DNA of 64,000 nt from Octopus bimaculoides (taxonomy: Eukaryota). Location: assembly GCF_001194135.2 (NCBI RefSeq), contig NC_068986.1, positions 77,977,351-78,041,350 of the forward strand, given 5' to 3'. Under the pieces are notes generated by a model that saw only the letters and a program-made list of their open reading frames with translations, was not told the origin of the DNA and made no database searches. A program made the translations under genes and the position numbers. Shown here one piece after another: positions 1-12,537 of the stretch (positions are counted from its first letter, which is position 1; each line of letters starts with the position of its first letter).

Positions 1-39
<39 letters not shown>

Positions 40-1619
40 ACCAATTTATATGTAAACTTTTACTTTATAACTGAGGAGAAGAATGCTACCTTTAGATAAT
101 AAAATTGTAATAATGGGTGACCAATCACAGTCGGTCTACATGTTTCATATTATTGAGTTGATCTATGTGTTGAAGAATGACCCTCTGCCCATCACCTATG
201 ATGCATATTATTGTCTCATTAGTTCTAAGATTTGCAGAAAAGATGAAGAGGTATGATACAATAAGAAGAGACACTGAAAATTTAGCCATGACAGGAAGCT
301 CCGTAATAGCTGAAATTCTTTTCTTTTAAGCAGCAGATGGTCCCTATTCTGCATCCAGTATTTTTCTTCTGTCTTATAAAAATAACGTATGAATGTAGAT
401 TTGCATCTTCAAATGAATTTATTCATGATTTCAATTAAACTAATGTTTCTTTTCTATAACTTTTAACCACGTATGATACGATATAAAAGTTATAAAATAG
501 AAAAGCAACGATTCAGGCTGATATCAAAACTAAAGAAATACTTAATAAAATTCTATTATTGTATGTACTCAACACTTAATCTACTATTTGATGCCATACA
601 AAATAATGTACTACAAAACAATTTATTTGAAAGTCATTATATTAGTGACAAAGATATTTTGTTCTAAATAAAAACCTTTATTGATAGTAAAGTAATCTTA
701 GCATTGTTGATGTAATAAACCAAGAAATAATTCAAGTTACATGGTTAGTGTTGAAAATAATCATTTTCTAAATTACTAATTCTGGTAAAAAATGGCAAAA
801 GAAACTACAATGAAATTTTTATCAAAATTAATTAGATAAGGAATGCAGTGCTGAGTGAGCTTGATCTTTAAATAACAATATAAGAAAACCTCAGATATCT
901 TTCAGTTTCACTGCACCTCCTCAGCAAGCATAGTTGAACCATTACAATAGATCTTTGAATGACTAGAGAAGTATATAATCACAATATCATAACCCTAAAC
1001 AATGACTTAAAACAGGTGGGGATGTCTTTTGCATAACAACATAGTAGGCACTAGCATAAACATATCAGTCAAGGAATTTTAAATAATTGAAATTACAATC
1101 TTTAATTTATAAACATCATTTTGTATTCATTTTTCAAAATTCTATTTATTTTGTCAGTCATTTTAAGATTCACAGTAACAGTCAGACAATGCTTTGCTAA
1201 TGTGGTCCAATATGAACAAACTTGTCAAGAGTTGTTACTGTACTGCTAAATATTGGACTTGCTTTCCACTGCATTCTATATTTGCCATATTTCCCAGCAC
1301 TGAATATAATCCCACCTTGCGGACACACCCTGATTTTGAAATGAAAATTTTTGAAGAAAATGATAAATAAAAAAAACAGTCTTGGCATTTTTACATATTT
1401 TACCAAGATGTTTTGCTTGTGGCACAACAACATATAGATCTAGTTATAGTCTATTTTATTTTCGTTTTCCAGCATGAAATCTGTAAGTTTGGTATGGAAA
1501 AACTTCCTGTGAATTAAAATTGGCTTATGAAGAATGTGATCTTCATCCTTTAGGATACACACTAAATTTTTCAATTTTTTTAAAAGAAATATCTCTCTTT
1601 TACCTCTTTTTTTCATACT

Positions 1620-1844
1620 TGTTTCAGTCATTGGATTGCAGCCATGCTGGGGTACCACCTTGAGGAAATCAACCTCATAAATTATTTTCTTCCCAAGTGT
1701 GGTATTTACTCTATCAGTCACCTTTGCTGAACCACTAAGTTATGATGGATGTAAAGAAACTAACATCAATTGTCAAGTGCTATAATAGAACTAACACAAA
1801 GACAAACACACATGTATGTATGTGTGTTTATGTGTGTACATATG

Positions 1845-1892
<48 letters not shown>

Positions 1893-2105
1893 CATACACA
1901 CACACACATACTCACAGATACAAAATATACATGTGTGTATGTGTATATATAATATGTATGTATGTGTTTGTGTGTGTGTGTGCCTACCAAATTCACTGAC
2001 AAGGCATTGGTCAGCTGAGGGATATAATGGAGACACTTGTTTCCCAGGATGCTGCACAGTGGAACTGTCCCTTAAACTACAGGTTTGCAAAGTGAGTTTC
2101 TTCAC
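1620..2105 (-). mobile_element. Degenerate family A SINE (reverse) with expanded microsatellite
   Basis: cagtcattggattgcagccatgctgggg ... ctaccaaattcactgacaaggc. Confidence 0.65.
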
Positions 2106-2674
2106 TTAAACAATGGCTATTCTTGTTATTAAGTGTGTAATCTTTATTCCAAGTTTTGGCTTGTGACATCATGTACACTAGCATTCACTTTATTATCAAT
2201 ATCCCTTCGTAGTCACTCTTTATGAACACCACTCTCTGTTCATTCACAAAAGTCTTATATACTGTTCATCATTTAGAAAACTATTATTCTTAATTAACAT
2301 TACTTGATTTACTGCATCAAGTATGTTAGTATCCTCTTTACCAAGTTTGACTACAACAAGAGTTGGGTATTTTCCCCTCAAACTTTTACTGACTGCTATT
2401 GAATCCTAATAATATTTTTTCTTAAATTCTTTCCAAAATGATGCTTTCCAATTGGTTAAAAAATACCATTTAGATTAATATTAGAAGAAAAATAATAGAA
2501 TTAGATAATTATCTCCCATATTTTCTTAGTGAGTTTTCTATCTATCTGTGCATAGTGAATCCATATATCTAGGAAGCTGGGAAGTAATACTGCAGCCTAC
2601 TTGTGGTAACCATAGTTACAAGGCTACTGGTAGTCATTCTGCCAATGCTTATTGCTAGAGTTTGATTTACAGTC

Positions 2675-2733
<59 letters not shown>

Positions 2734-3908
2734 TATGTATATTTCAGTTATACATACATATCAATACTGATCATTTTCCCTAAATCCATAAATGATCAAT
2801 TATACATGCACTACCCTCCCTTTCTCTTCTTTTCTTCCTTTCAAATATTACTGATAACCATCCGCACTCTAAACAATTGCATGTTTGTTTATTCCTATAT
2901 AAACTCCCACCTGTTCAGTTGCATACACTGAAAATTAATGAAGGTTAATGATGTTCCTTTTATCACTCCAGGTAAGATGCCAGTACAAGAATAGAATATG
3001 ATTGTAATGAAGAATGAAGACGTATTCAAAATTAGCTATATTCTGTACTAAGCAAACTACAAAGAAACGGTGTGTTTTGTGTCTTCTCTTTACATAATTT
3101 AATAGACCTGAGTCTTAAATGTATATCCCAATAAAATACAGAATACAATAATATAATAAAATCTCTATAAAAATTTATAGTCTTTTGACCAAGGTATAAA
3201 ATCTCCATGTTCTCCCCACTCTTTAACATACCATTAATTGCTACATCCAAATGTTTTATTAAAACAATCTATTGTGTTACACTGATGGCCATATGCCTAT
3301 TCAGTTGATGCTGCATTAACATATTTGCTCATTACTGTATGAGAGTGAATATGAACCAGAATCTTCTGGAAAATTTTATTTTAAAATGGGACCAATATAT
3401 ATTTTAAAATTATATAAACTGAATGGCATTTTCAAACAGGATTTACTTTTCTTGAATCCCTGCAATGCAAAGTTATATATGTTTTCTATCCATTTCATTT
3501 GGATCTGACAAAGCATTAAGAAAGAAATTAAATGTTTGGAAATCCTTGAACAATTGAAATCATTTATATTAAATCTATAATGCAAAAATAAATTACATTT
3601 TTAAATGGGAAACTTATACAGATTTTTAAGAAATATGAATTGCAGGCATAAGAATGTGGGAGCATCATGATCTCAAGTGCAGGTGAAAGATCCCCAAAAT
3701 ATTCAATGTCTTTTCCTATATATTTGTTTTTATATTAGGGTGACCTTCCCCTAGAGACATCCTCACTTCTAGTGATCTTCCAGCATGCCAGACACCAATC
3801 TCTAGGCTTTCTGAGGACATGTACTATTGGAGGTATTGCTTTAGTCATGACCATGCATCTTTTATATATATATATATATATAAAAGATGCATGGTCATNN
3901 NNNNNNNN

Positions 3909-4212
3909 CATCGGTTACGGCAATGAGGGTCCCAGCTGATACGATCAACAAAACAGCTTGCTCATGAAATTCACGAGCAAGTGGCTGAGCACTCCACAGA
4001 CACATGTACCCTTAACGTAGTTCTCAGGGAGACTCAGTGTGACAAAGTGTGTCAAGGCTGGCCCTTTGAAATACAGGTACTACTCATTTTTGCCAGCTGA
4101 GTGGACTGGAGTAATATGAAATAAAGCGACTTGCTCAAGGACACAACGCATCACCAGGATTGAACTCACGACCTTACAATCATGAGTTGAATGCCATAAC
4201 CACTAAGCCATG
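3909..4212 (-). mobile_element. tRNA-derived SINE family C
   Basis: Head ggcttagtggttatggcattcaactcatgattgtaaggtcgtgagttcaatcctgg on the minus strand. The body is shared with 51590-51972. Confidence 0.75.
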
Positions 4213-4299
4213 TGTCTTCACATAAATATCTATAATATATATACACACACATATATATGTATATTAAAAAAATATATATATATAATATATATAATAATA

Positions 4300-4575
4300 G
4301 GTGCAGCATGGTTGTATGGTAAGAAGCTTGCTTCCCAATCACATGGTTCTGGGTTCAGTCCCACTGTGTCTTGGGCAAGTGTCTTCTACTATAACCTTAG
4401 GTCGACCAAAGCTTTGTGAGTGGATTTGGTAGACAGAAACTGAAAGAAGCCCATCGTGTATATATCTATGCATTTGTGTGTATGTCTGTGCTTGTCCCCA
4501 CCACCATCACTTGATTTGTTTGTCTAAAGGTGATGCTCCAGCATGGCCGCAGTCAAATAACTGAAACAATTAAGT
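4300..4575 (+). mobile_element. Family A SINE
   Basis: ggtgcagcatggttgtatggtaagaagcttgcttcccaatcacatggttctgggttcagtcccactg. Confidence 0.8.
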
Positions 4576-4586
4576 GAATAAATGAA

Positions 4587-4623
<37 letters not shown>

Positions 4624-5393
4624 ACATACATACATGTGAAGATGCATGGCTCAATGGTTAGAACTTCGGGTTCACAATCATGAGGTAGTGAGTTTGATTC
4701 ATGTACCAGGCTGTGTGTTGTGTTCTTGAGCTAGACACTTTATTCCACATTGATCTGGTTCACTCAACCCTTGAAATGAGCTACAACGTCACTGGTACCA
4801 AACTGTATCAGTCTTTGCCTATCCCTTGGATAACATTGGTAGTGTGGAGAGGGGAGGCTGGGATGCATGGGCAACTGCTTGTCTTCCATAAACAACCTTG
4901 CCCAGGTTTGTGCCTCAGAGGGAAACTTTCTAGGAGCATTCATGACTGAAGGGTGTCTTTACCCGTTTTCATACACACACCCACACCCACACACACATGT
5001 ATATGACTGGCATCTGTAAGCTTTCATCAAGCATATTCCAAGATTATGACTGAAGGAACTTGCCCATGGTGACATACAATGAGCTTGAACTCAGAACCAA
5101 GTAGCAGTAAAATGAACTTGTTAACTACGCAACCCTGTTGTGCCTAGTTTACTGTTTCTTAAAGTGATAAATGTAAACACTATATCAATTACCCTACTCT
5201 TATATCAATATACACAACAATATCTATTTATTAAATTGATGCCCGAGTGATGTATATTTTCTGCATCAGACATATGTGAAGGCATTGTTTTCAAAGAATA
5301 TTCTTATATTAATGGACACAAATTTGCATTTTTTTTTTGTGTTTGATATGAAAATAACATAGGATGGACTATTGATTGTAATTTGATACTTAC

Positions 5394-5486
5394 CACTATT
5401 AATGCTACAAAATAGACCCAGTCCCAAAATGAGTGTGCATCCTGTACATAGTACATAATGTTTACCCAGCTCTCTAGACTTATAAC
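5394..5486 (-). CDS. CACNA1G/H/I (Cav3): Cav3 exon: domain I selectivity-filter glutamate and start of S6
   Basis: ttcttctgttgcag|GTT ... GTG|gtaagt, 93 nt, phase 0/0. Translates as VISLESWVNIMYYVQDAHSFWDWVYFVALIV; the vertebrate Cav3 equivalent is [31 protein letters not shown]. Confidence 0.96.
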
Positions 5487-5717
5487 CTGCAACAGAAGAA
5501 AGAGAGAATGAGAGACATAAGGACTTGCAATGAATATTTATAAGAAGTTGATGGATGAATATTTATGCGGTGAACTTCTGAATATTTATAGGGCACATGC
5601 ATTCATAATATACATACATATGTATACTCATAGACACATTTACATACACACGCACACACACACAAGCACATGAATACACACACACACATGAATACACACA
5701 CACACATACACACACAC

Positions 5718-5774
<57 letters not shown>

Positions 5775-6907
5775 AGTCAGATATATAGATGAGTTCACAC
5801 ATATAATATGGAACATTGCAAAATGTCTGCTCAGGCAATTCTAGTTAAACAATAAAATTTCATTTCATCATGAAATTCGATACAGATAACTGGTTAACTG
5901 AACAGCTAAAACTGCTTTAGTAGCTATTGAAAATTTTTATTTTTGACAGGATTTATTAATTTGCATACGCAAGCCACACACACACTTACAAAGAAGAGAA
6001 AGAAAGGCATAAGATTTTAGACTTTTAGACTCCAAAAAAATTTCAAACAAAGAATCCAAATAATATATGCTTTACTATATCATAAAAGGAGATTCATGTG
6101 ATGTAAAATTCTAAGAACAAAGTATCTCCCTTCTTTTAGAACTGTATAAAGACAGCAATTTGGAAAATATCACCTTTGTAGGTTATCTATGCATACAACT
6201 TGGCTTATAGCCTATAATTATAGCTAACCAAAAAAGGATCATCTATGTAGTTGTTCTCCTTGATATAAATAGTGGCCTAATCTTCCTCAAAATCACACAC
6301 ACCTAACATCTTGAAAAAGAAAGACACATGTAGTCCTAGATACAAGTAGTCCTAGAGACAACGTAGTCCGAGATATCTTTGAAAAGACAGATAGGGTTAT
6401 GGTTATGGCTAAAACATCCTTGATCATATGTTTACTTAATCAAGGCTGACCCGAGGCTAAACAACAAAAGCCTATGGCTGTATTGTTTATTCTGAAATAA
6501 AGTTCAGTGTTTAGGATATTATCCAGTCTTCTGTTTAGAATGGATTTATTCCAGTGAGCATTGATTCTCAAACTGACAAATACCAGACCCCCATCCAGAC
6601 TATTAACAAAATATTTGCTCCTCTAGGAAGTCATGCCTACTTCTTATGACAAACACTGCCATACAGAATCTATGATCAGTGAAAAATGCAGTAAATCATA
6701 TTGTTTACTGTCATATATAAAGAGTGATCAGAGAAGAATTACAAATTAGATTAACATCAGACACAAACTATTGTCTTTGTGAAGGTAATTCTGGAAATAT
6801 TTCATATTTAATAACGTTAAGGAGATCAGAAAACTGAATGATTTTGAGAACCAAAAAACATTTATAAGTTAATATAAACATTTGTCTATGACTGAGAACA
6901 ATGAATC

Positions 6908-7135
6908 TTAACCTTTTAACATTCAGATTATTTGTCGAAAGCAATGCTTATTTATTACCATTGTTTTAAATTAATCATGCGTTATCTTGTAGCTTTGAGA
7001 TTTTGATGAGGTAACTGTTTATTCTAAGATTGATATTGTAGGGTTGGCATGAGAGGTGAGATCTGACCAGTTTTGAACATAAAACAGGTAGAATATTTGG
7101 GTTGCATATGGCTGGTTTAAATGCTAAAGGGTTTA
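6908..7135. mobile_element. TTAA-type MITE (second piggyBac-like family)
   Basis: ttaaccttttaacattc ... aatgctaaagggttta terminal inverted sequences. Confidence 0.5.
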
Positions 7136-7322
7136 TCTGCCTTCTTTGCCGCTTGTTGGGAAAATAGAAAATTATCCTATCATATATGATATGGTGGGTA
7201 TATAGATAAATACAAGTCAGCAAACTACATTGTTAAAATTCAGATATAAAAGTCTGAATTTTCACATCTACACAACCACAGACATTCAAAAAACTAAATT
7301 ATAAAGAGGCTGTAGGCTTTTA

Positions 7323-8242
7323 TTGGGTCATCTCATAAATAATTCATTTTATATACTTGTGTTATTTTTCAAAATTAAGATAAAAAAAATTCTTTTTTAA
7401 TCTAAAATATACTCTCCTTCATTTTCTACAATGCTCTTCCATCTATCTGGTAGACTTGCAAGCCCCCCCCCCCCACCTCTTCCAAAACTTACTTGTCTGT
7501 GATGAAAAACACTCCTCCATTACTGTTCTGACTACATCTACAGAATTCATATATTTTCCGTCTAAATGATCTTGAAGACTGCTAAATAAATGATAATCAG
7601 ATGGGGCAATGTCCGTTGAATATGGTGGGAAAGGTGTCGTTTCCAATTGAAACTGCTCCAGCCTTTGGAATGTCATCCTCATTGTATATGGCTGAGCATT
7701 ATCCTGATGGAAGAACACCTTTCATGTTGAAACCAAAGGTGGTTGTTTTTCTTCTAGCGCAGATGTCAATGAATGGTTAAATGACCAAATCCAAGCTTCT
7801 CTGCTAGTTTCTAAACAGTTACAATGGGATTTTGCTCCACCAAGGTTTGCAGGGCGTCCTTGTCGAGCTCTACAGATCTTCTAGGATTAGGTTCGTCTTC
7901 AAGACTGTAATTTTTGGCTCAGAATTTCTGTAATCACCATTGACACTGGCTTACGCTTATTGTCCAATCCCCATATACTGCATTAATATTCCTCACACTT
8001 TCTGTTATGCTGTTGTCTTTATTGAACTCATAAAACAAAATATACCCAATATGCTCCTTTGTCATTTATATTATAGCTTTGAAAAAAGTAACTGGTAAAC
8101 TCGAACTACACTCTTCAAAACTTGCACTAAGGTAAAATTACTACCTGCTTTTATAGCAAGTTGATGCAGGCAGTTTATTCTGTTCCCTCCAACTTTTAGT
8201 TCATGTAATTGAAAAAACAGCTTTATTTATGAGATGAGCCAA
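7323..8242 (-). mobile_element. Degenerate mariner (DD34D) element with TIRs and TA target duplication
   Basis: TIRs tattgggtcatctcataaataa (7321-7342) and ttatttatgagatgagccaata (8223-8244). ORF 7443-7718 reads HQDNAQPYT...PPYSTDIAPSDYHLF, with 34 residues between the two Asp. Confidence 0.88.
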
Positions 8243-9239
8243 TATGAATATTCTCCTTCTGTGATGAGAAAAAAATCATTCTTGAAAAATTTTGTGATTT
8301 TTCTAAAGAAAATTACAAATCCTTGTTAATAACTAATCTTCTCTTGCCCAGATAAAAAATAAAAATGAAAGATTTATAAAAAGTGACTTGGAATTATTCA
8401 TTCAAATTTTTTATATTAGAGAATAAATAAAAAAACTTATTTCGTATGAAAGTTTCTACAAAACTAGTTAGCATTATTTAATTGATTGCTGATGGTTTCT
8501 TTAAATAACTGCCAGAATAATGTAAATATTTATATTCTTTGCTAGTACTCTAGTGAACATTTTGCATTTACTTTTTGCTTTTTTACTCATCAAGCTTAAA
8601 ACAATATTTTAAAAAAGCTAAAAGTACAAAAAATAACAAAACAAAAAATTATGTAATTGATCAAAAGATGAAAACAAAAGCAAAACAAAATCACTATCCC
8701 CAAGCTATGTCCCTGATAGAAATATTGATTTTGGAGTTTAATTGAAAATTGTCACCTCAAGTTGGTATGAGTTGATTAAAAAAAAAAAGGAAAATAAATA
8801 TAATAAAAAATTTTAAACAAATCTAAAGGGGTGCTGGTGGGGGAAATAACCTGCTGCTAAGCTCCAAGAACTAACAACACTTTGCTAAATAAACAATAAA
8901 AATGATTTCATTTCAGCATTTAAGGGTCAGTCATATCCAATAAGAGCTAATACAATGAGTGAAATTTGTTTCATGGAATAGCTTTTTAATTTGATGCTAA
9001 TGAAAAGACATATTTTTGCATGTCATAGGAAAATGAAATCTATGCTAACAACTGGTCCCACATGTATTAAACAATAATTTCTATAGTTTGCTACTGTAAC
9101 TGCTTCACAGCATTGCTTAATTATTGCTACATGTGTAATTATTGCTACATGTGTAATTATTGCTACATGTGCTATGGTCTATAATTTTGTTACTATTTCA
9201 GTACAGCACAGCACAGTGTTGCTAGCTACTCCACTATTC

Positions 9240-9402
9240 TTTGACTTGTTTCAATGATTAGACTGCGGCCATGCTGGGGCACTACTTTGAAGAATTTTAG
9301 TCAAATGAATTGATCCCAGTACTTTTTTTTAAGCTCAGTACTTTTTTCATCGGTCTCTTTTGATAAACTGCTATGACACTTAGACATAAACCCACCAATA
9401 TT

Positions 9403-9458
<56 letters not shown>

Positions 9459-9622
9459 TTACACATATATATGACAGGTTTCTTTCAGTTTCTCTCTACC
9501 AAATCCACCCACAAAGCTTTAGTTGGCCCAGGGCTATAGTGAAAGACACTTGCCTAAGGCGCCAAGCAGTGGGACTGAACCTAGAACCATGTGGGTGGGA
9601 AGCAAACTTCTTACCGCATAGT
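9240..9622 (-). mobile_element. Family A SINE (reverse) with (CA)n core
   Basis: gactgcggccatgctgg ... cagtgggactgaacctagaaccatgtg. Confidence 0.8.
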
Positions 9623-12254
9623 CACTGCATATATTTCTATACTTTGCCTCCATATATTTCTACACTGTCTTCACAACATTGAAAATTATTGCTTTATGCA
9701 CATGTTGCTGAAATGTATTAACTTTGTTACTATATCTACACATTATGGCTAACTGCTGCTACATGTGTTGAGTAGTATTTTTATATTTTTCTACTTTTCT
9801 GTACAGATTTGTTAATTACTGGTACATGTGCTGATTGTTCCTCAATTCACTGGTTGCTAGCTGTAATTACCCATACTTGTTATGTAGTTAAGCGTTCATA
9901 CTTACAGTGAGTTGTAACTCTTTAGATTCATTAAGCAAACCTATGTTCTCAGACATTCTAGATGTGACCAACACATCTTGTTTTCATACATGGTATATCT
10001 AAGATGGAAGGGTGGAATTTCCAGATGATTTGGCTGATATTTTCAGCAGAGTGAGCAGATATCATGCAGTGGGTTTCTCATAGGTTTATCCTAGACTGTG
10101 TAGTGTATCTATACTTCTTAAATGGCCAACTCTTAGTTTTTGTTATTGTTGTTTGATCCTCAGATCAATCCTGGTTAAACAGATTTATGACCAAAGGCCT
10201 TTCTACCATGACCAACCCATCTTTTTGTGTATCTAAAACCATGCTGGTCAATTCTACCTTTTTTTCAAGATGGTACATTGTAATTTAAAAGGTGTGTAGT
10301 TAGGGTTAGTGCACTCATGATAGTAAGATCATAGTTTCAATTCCAGGTAAAGATGGTGAGTTACATTCTTAAACAAAATATTTCATTTCATGTAGATGCA
10401 GTCCACTCAGTTCCAGCAATGGCTGGGTAGTTAACTCTGTAATTAACTGATGCTCCATTTAGAGGTGAGTGTTGTAATCTTGGTTGCTTGTATTTTTATT
10501 TATAATATTCGTTAGTATTCTAGTGAACACTTTGCATTTACTTTTAGTTATCTTACTCATCAAGCTTAAAACAATAAAATTTTTTAAATGCTTTAACTTT
10601 GGCCCCAGACAGATCAGATCCTAAGGGTGTAATTTAAGAGAATTTGGCTGCTATTTCTTGTAATTCAAATAAACATATAGAGGCTCCACTACAAGCTCTT
10701 AACTGTCAGTGCAATGATTTTTACCCCTTTTTTATGAGGAGGTAATGAATAAGACCAACTGGTGTTACAGCACACCAACATCTTTTTTAAAATGTTATTA
10801 TATAATAAGCAAATGTTAACATTATTTTAAAACAGAAACAGGTGCACACATCACACTTTTCTGCAGAGGGATACAACACATGCACTGCTGTGGTGCATTA
10901 ATGACATATCCTGGTATTTTCTAACTTCACTGACCACTCAAAGTACTTGCATGCATGACAGTACAGTGGTTGGAAATGTCTGTGTTAGTGTGTATATTGT
11001 AGTTCGTTAACAGTACATATTTTATTGAAGTTGCTAGCTGATGTTAAGTTATTATTGAAGTTCAAAGCCTGTGACTATTCTTTGGGTCAACCTCTAATAC
11101 CCATGCACAAAGCCTAAAAGCAGTCTTGTTCCATGAGGCTCATCTCTTAGAAAAAAGTCTCACAATTGCTTGAATTCTGAGATTATACATCCCTCCCTGG
11201 GCCACAAAGCAGTCATGTTCCATGTTACCAAATATCTCTCAGAAGCTATTCTGAAGTTACTTTCACTTTTGTTATGCTCTGTTTTACTATGCAGACAAGA
11301 ATTTATGTGTTGAATTAATATTGTATTCAATAGTTTGATATAAAGTCATGTATAACCAAGTAATGGTGTGTCTAGGTGCATCAAAGAACAGTATAGATAT
11401 AAAAGATGTTTTGCAATATGAAGGCCAGTTGCAACAAAAGGGATAATTTTGAGACTAACTTTTTAACACTTGTTTAGCTGTAGTTGTTAATATTGCTCCG
11501 TTTAGTCCTGACTGTGAAAACCAAAAGCAATCCAAAGAAGCTATAAAAACTTGGTTGTGATCCACAAATTTTATCATCTAGACAAAGATAAATTTTGAAC
11601 AAATGCTATAAGGGGATTTACTGGGACTTATATTACCCAATCCTGAAGGCATAAGTTTCTATGTCAACCTGAGCATGATTTGAACTATAAATTTAAGCCA
11701 CTGCCAAAATTGTCAGTTAGCCAGGTTACTACACTCTTCAATTAAGCCATCAAATTATCATCTTAAATATCAGATTTAATTATATATGGGACAGACTGTA
11801 GTTCTTTGGTCTCAATGGATAATGGAATCTAATACTTGTCTGAAATGGCTTTTTTCATTAAAAAAAAGTAATAAATAAATAAAACATAATGGATAAAAAA
11901 AAATTTATCTAGTAGTATTGTTTGTTCATAGAATATTATGCCAAGCCTAATTTGTGCCAGAATTATTTTGCAGACACTTTAACGTTTACTAGAGATTAAA
12001 CCAACTGAAGCCAAATAAAGATAAATGATTAATACATACAAAATGAAAGCGAAAAACATTCAGTCTAAGATGATTCTGGCTAACCTAGTTGAAAACTGGG
12101 TAACTTTTTCATTTCATGGCAAAGTAATTAGAGTGAAATAAGTACATAGGAATAAAAAATTATCCCAACAATTCTCAAGAAATATCAGAGTTAGTAAAAC
12201 AATCAGAAAAGAATAAAAGTCAAACTTTGAAATTAATGTAAGAAAATAACTTAC

Positions 12255-12537
12255 CTGAAAAATGGCAACCCATGCTAAACCTATGTTATCAAAAGATATT
12301 GCCCCCCTAAATGGATTTTTGTCCCCCGTTTCACAGCTTGTGTAATACTGATTCCAGTTGACACAAGAATCATTTGCAGGATTATTGTTATTGTTGGCCT
12401 TGGCACTTGCATTGCACTTTATACCTTCATAAGAAAATAAGGGTAAATTCGAACATTTTCGCATTCCTGATTCACCAGGTTTACTGCAAATGTAGTCTCC
12501 AAACCGAGGTTTGTAATATGGGCTCACATTCATTTTT
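12255..12537 (-). CDS. CACNA1G/H/I (Cav3): Cav3 exon: domain I S5-P extracellular turret and pore helix
   Basis: Long polypyrimidine tract ending tttgcag|A AAA ATG and donor CAG|gtaagt. 283 nt = 1 nt + 94 codons, KMNVSPYY...CVNWNQYYTSCETGDKNPFRGAISFDNIGLAWVAIFQ. The CVNWNQYY and NPFxGAIxFDNIGxAWxAIFQ motifs are Cav3-specific. The phase matches the upstream exon (TC+A = Ser). Confidence 0.97.

Larger units (their letters stand above)
5487..12254 (-). other. 6,768 nt GT-AG intron of Cav3 (phase 0)
   Basis: Donor at 12253-12254 and acceptor at 5487-5488. The AIFQ|VISLE junction is in frame. Confidence 0.92.

Noticed and set aside
2568-2581. 14 nt intronic segment complementary to the filter codons (possible editing-complementary sequence with an A-C mismatch)
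   Set aside because: A 12/14 match within several kb is roughly expected by chance given the number of exon windows. It needs folding and editing data.
3847-3898. Perfect palindrome atgaccatgcatctttt-(TA)n-aaaagatgcatggtcat
   Set aside because: It is centred on (TA)n and ends exactly at an N gap, which is typical of a foldback read or assembly artefact.
1-5393. Search for the next exon (GSFFMINLCLVVIATQF)
   Set aside because: Not found. ORF 1197-1433 and others show no Cav similarity.
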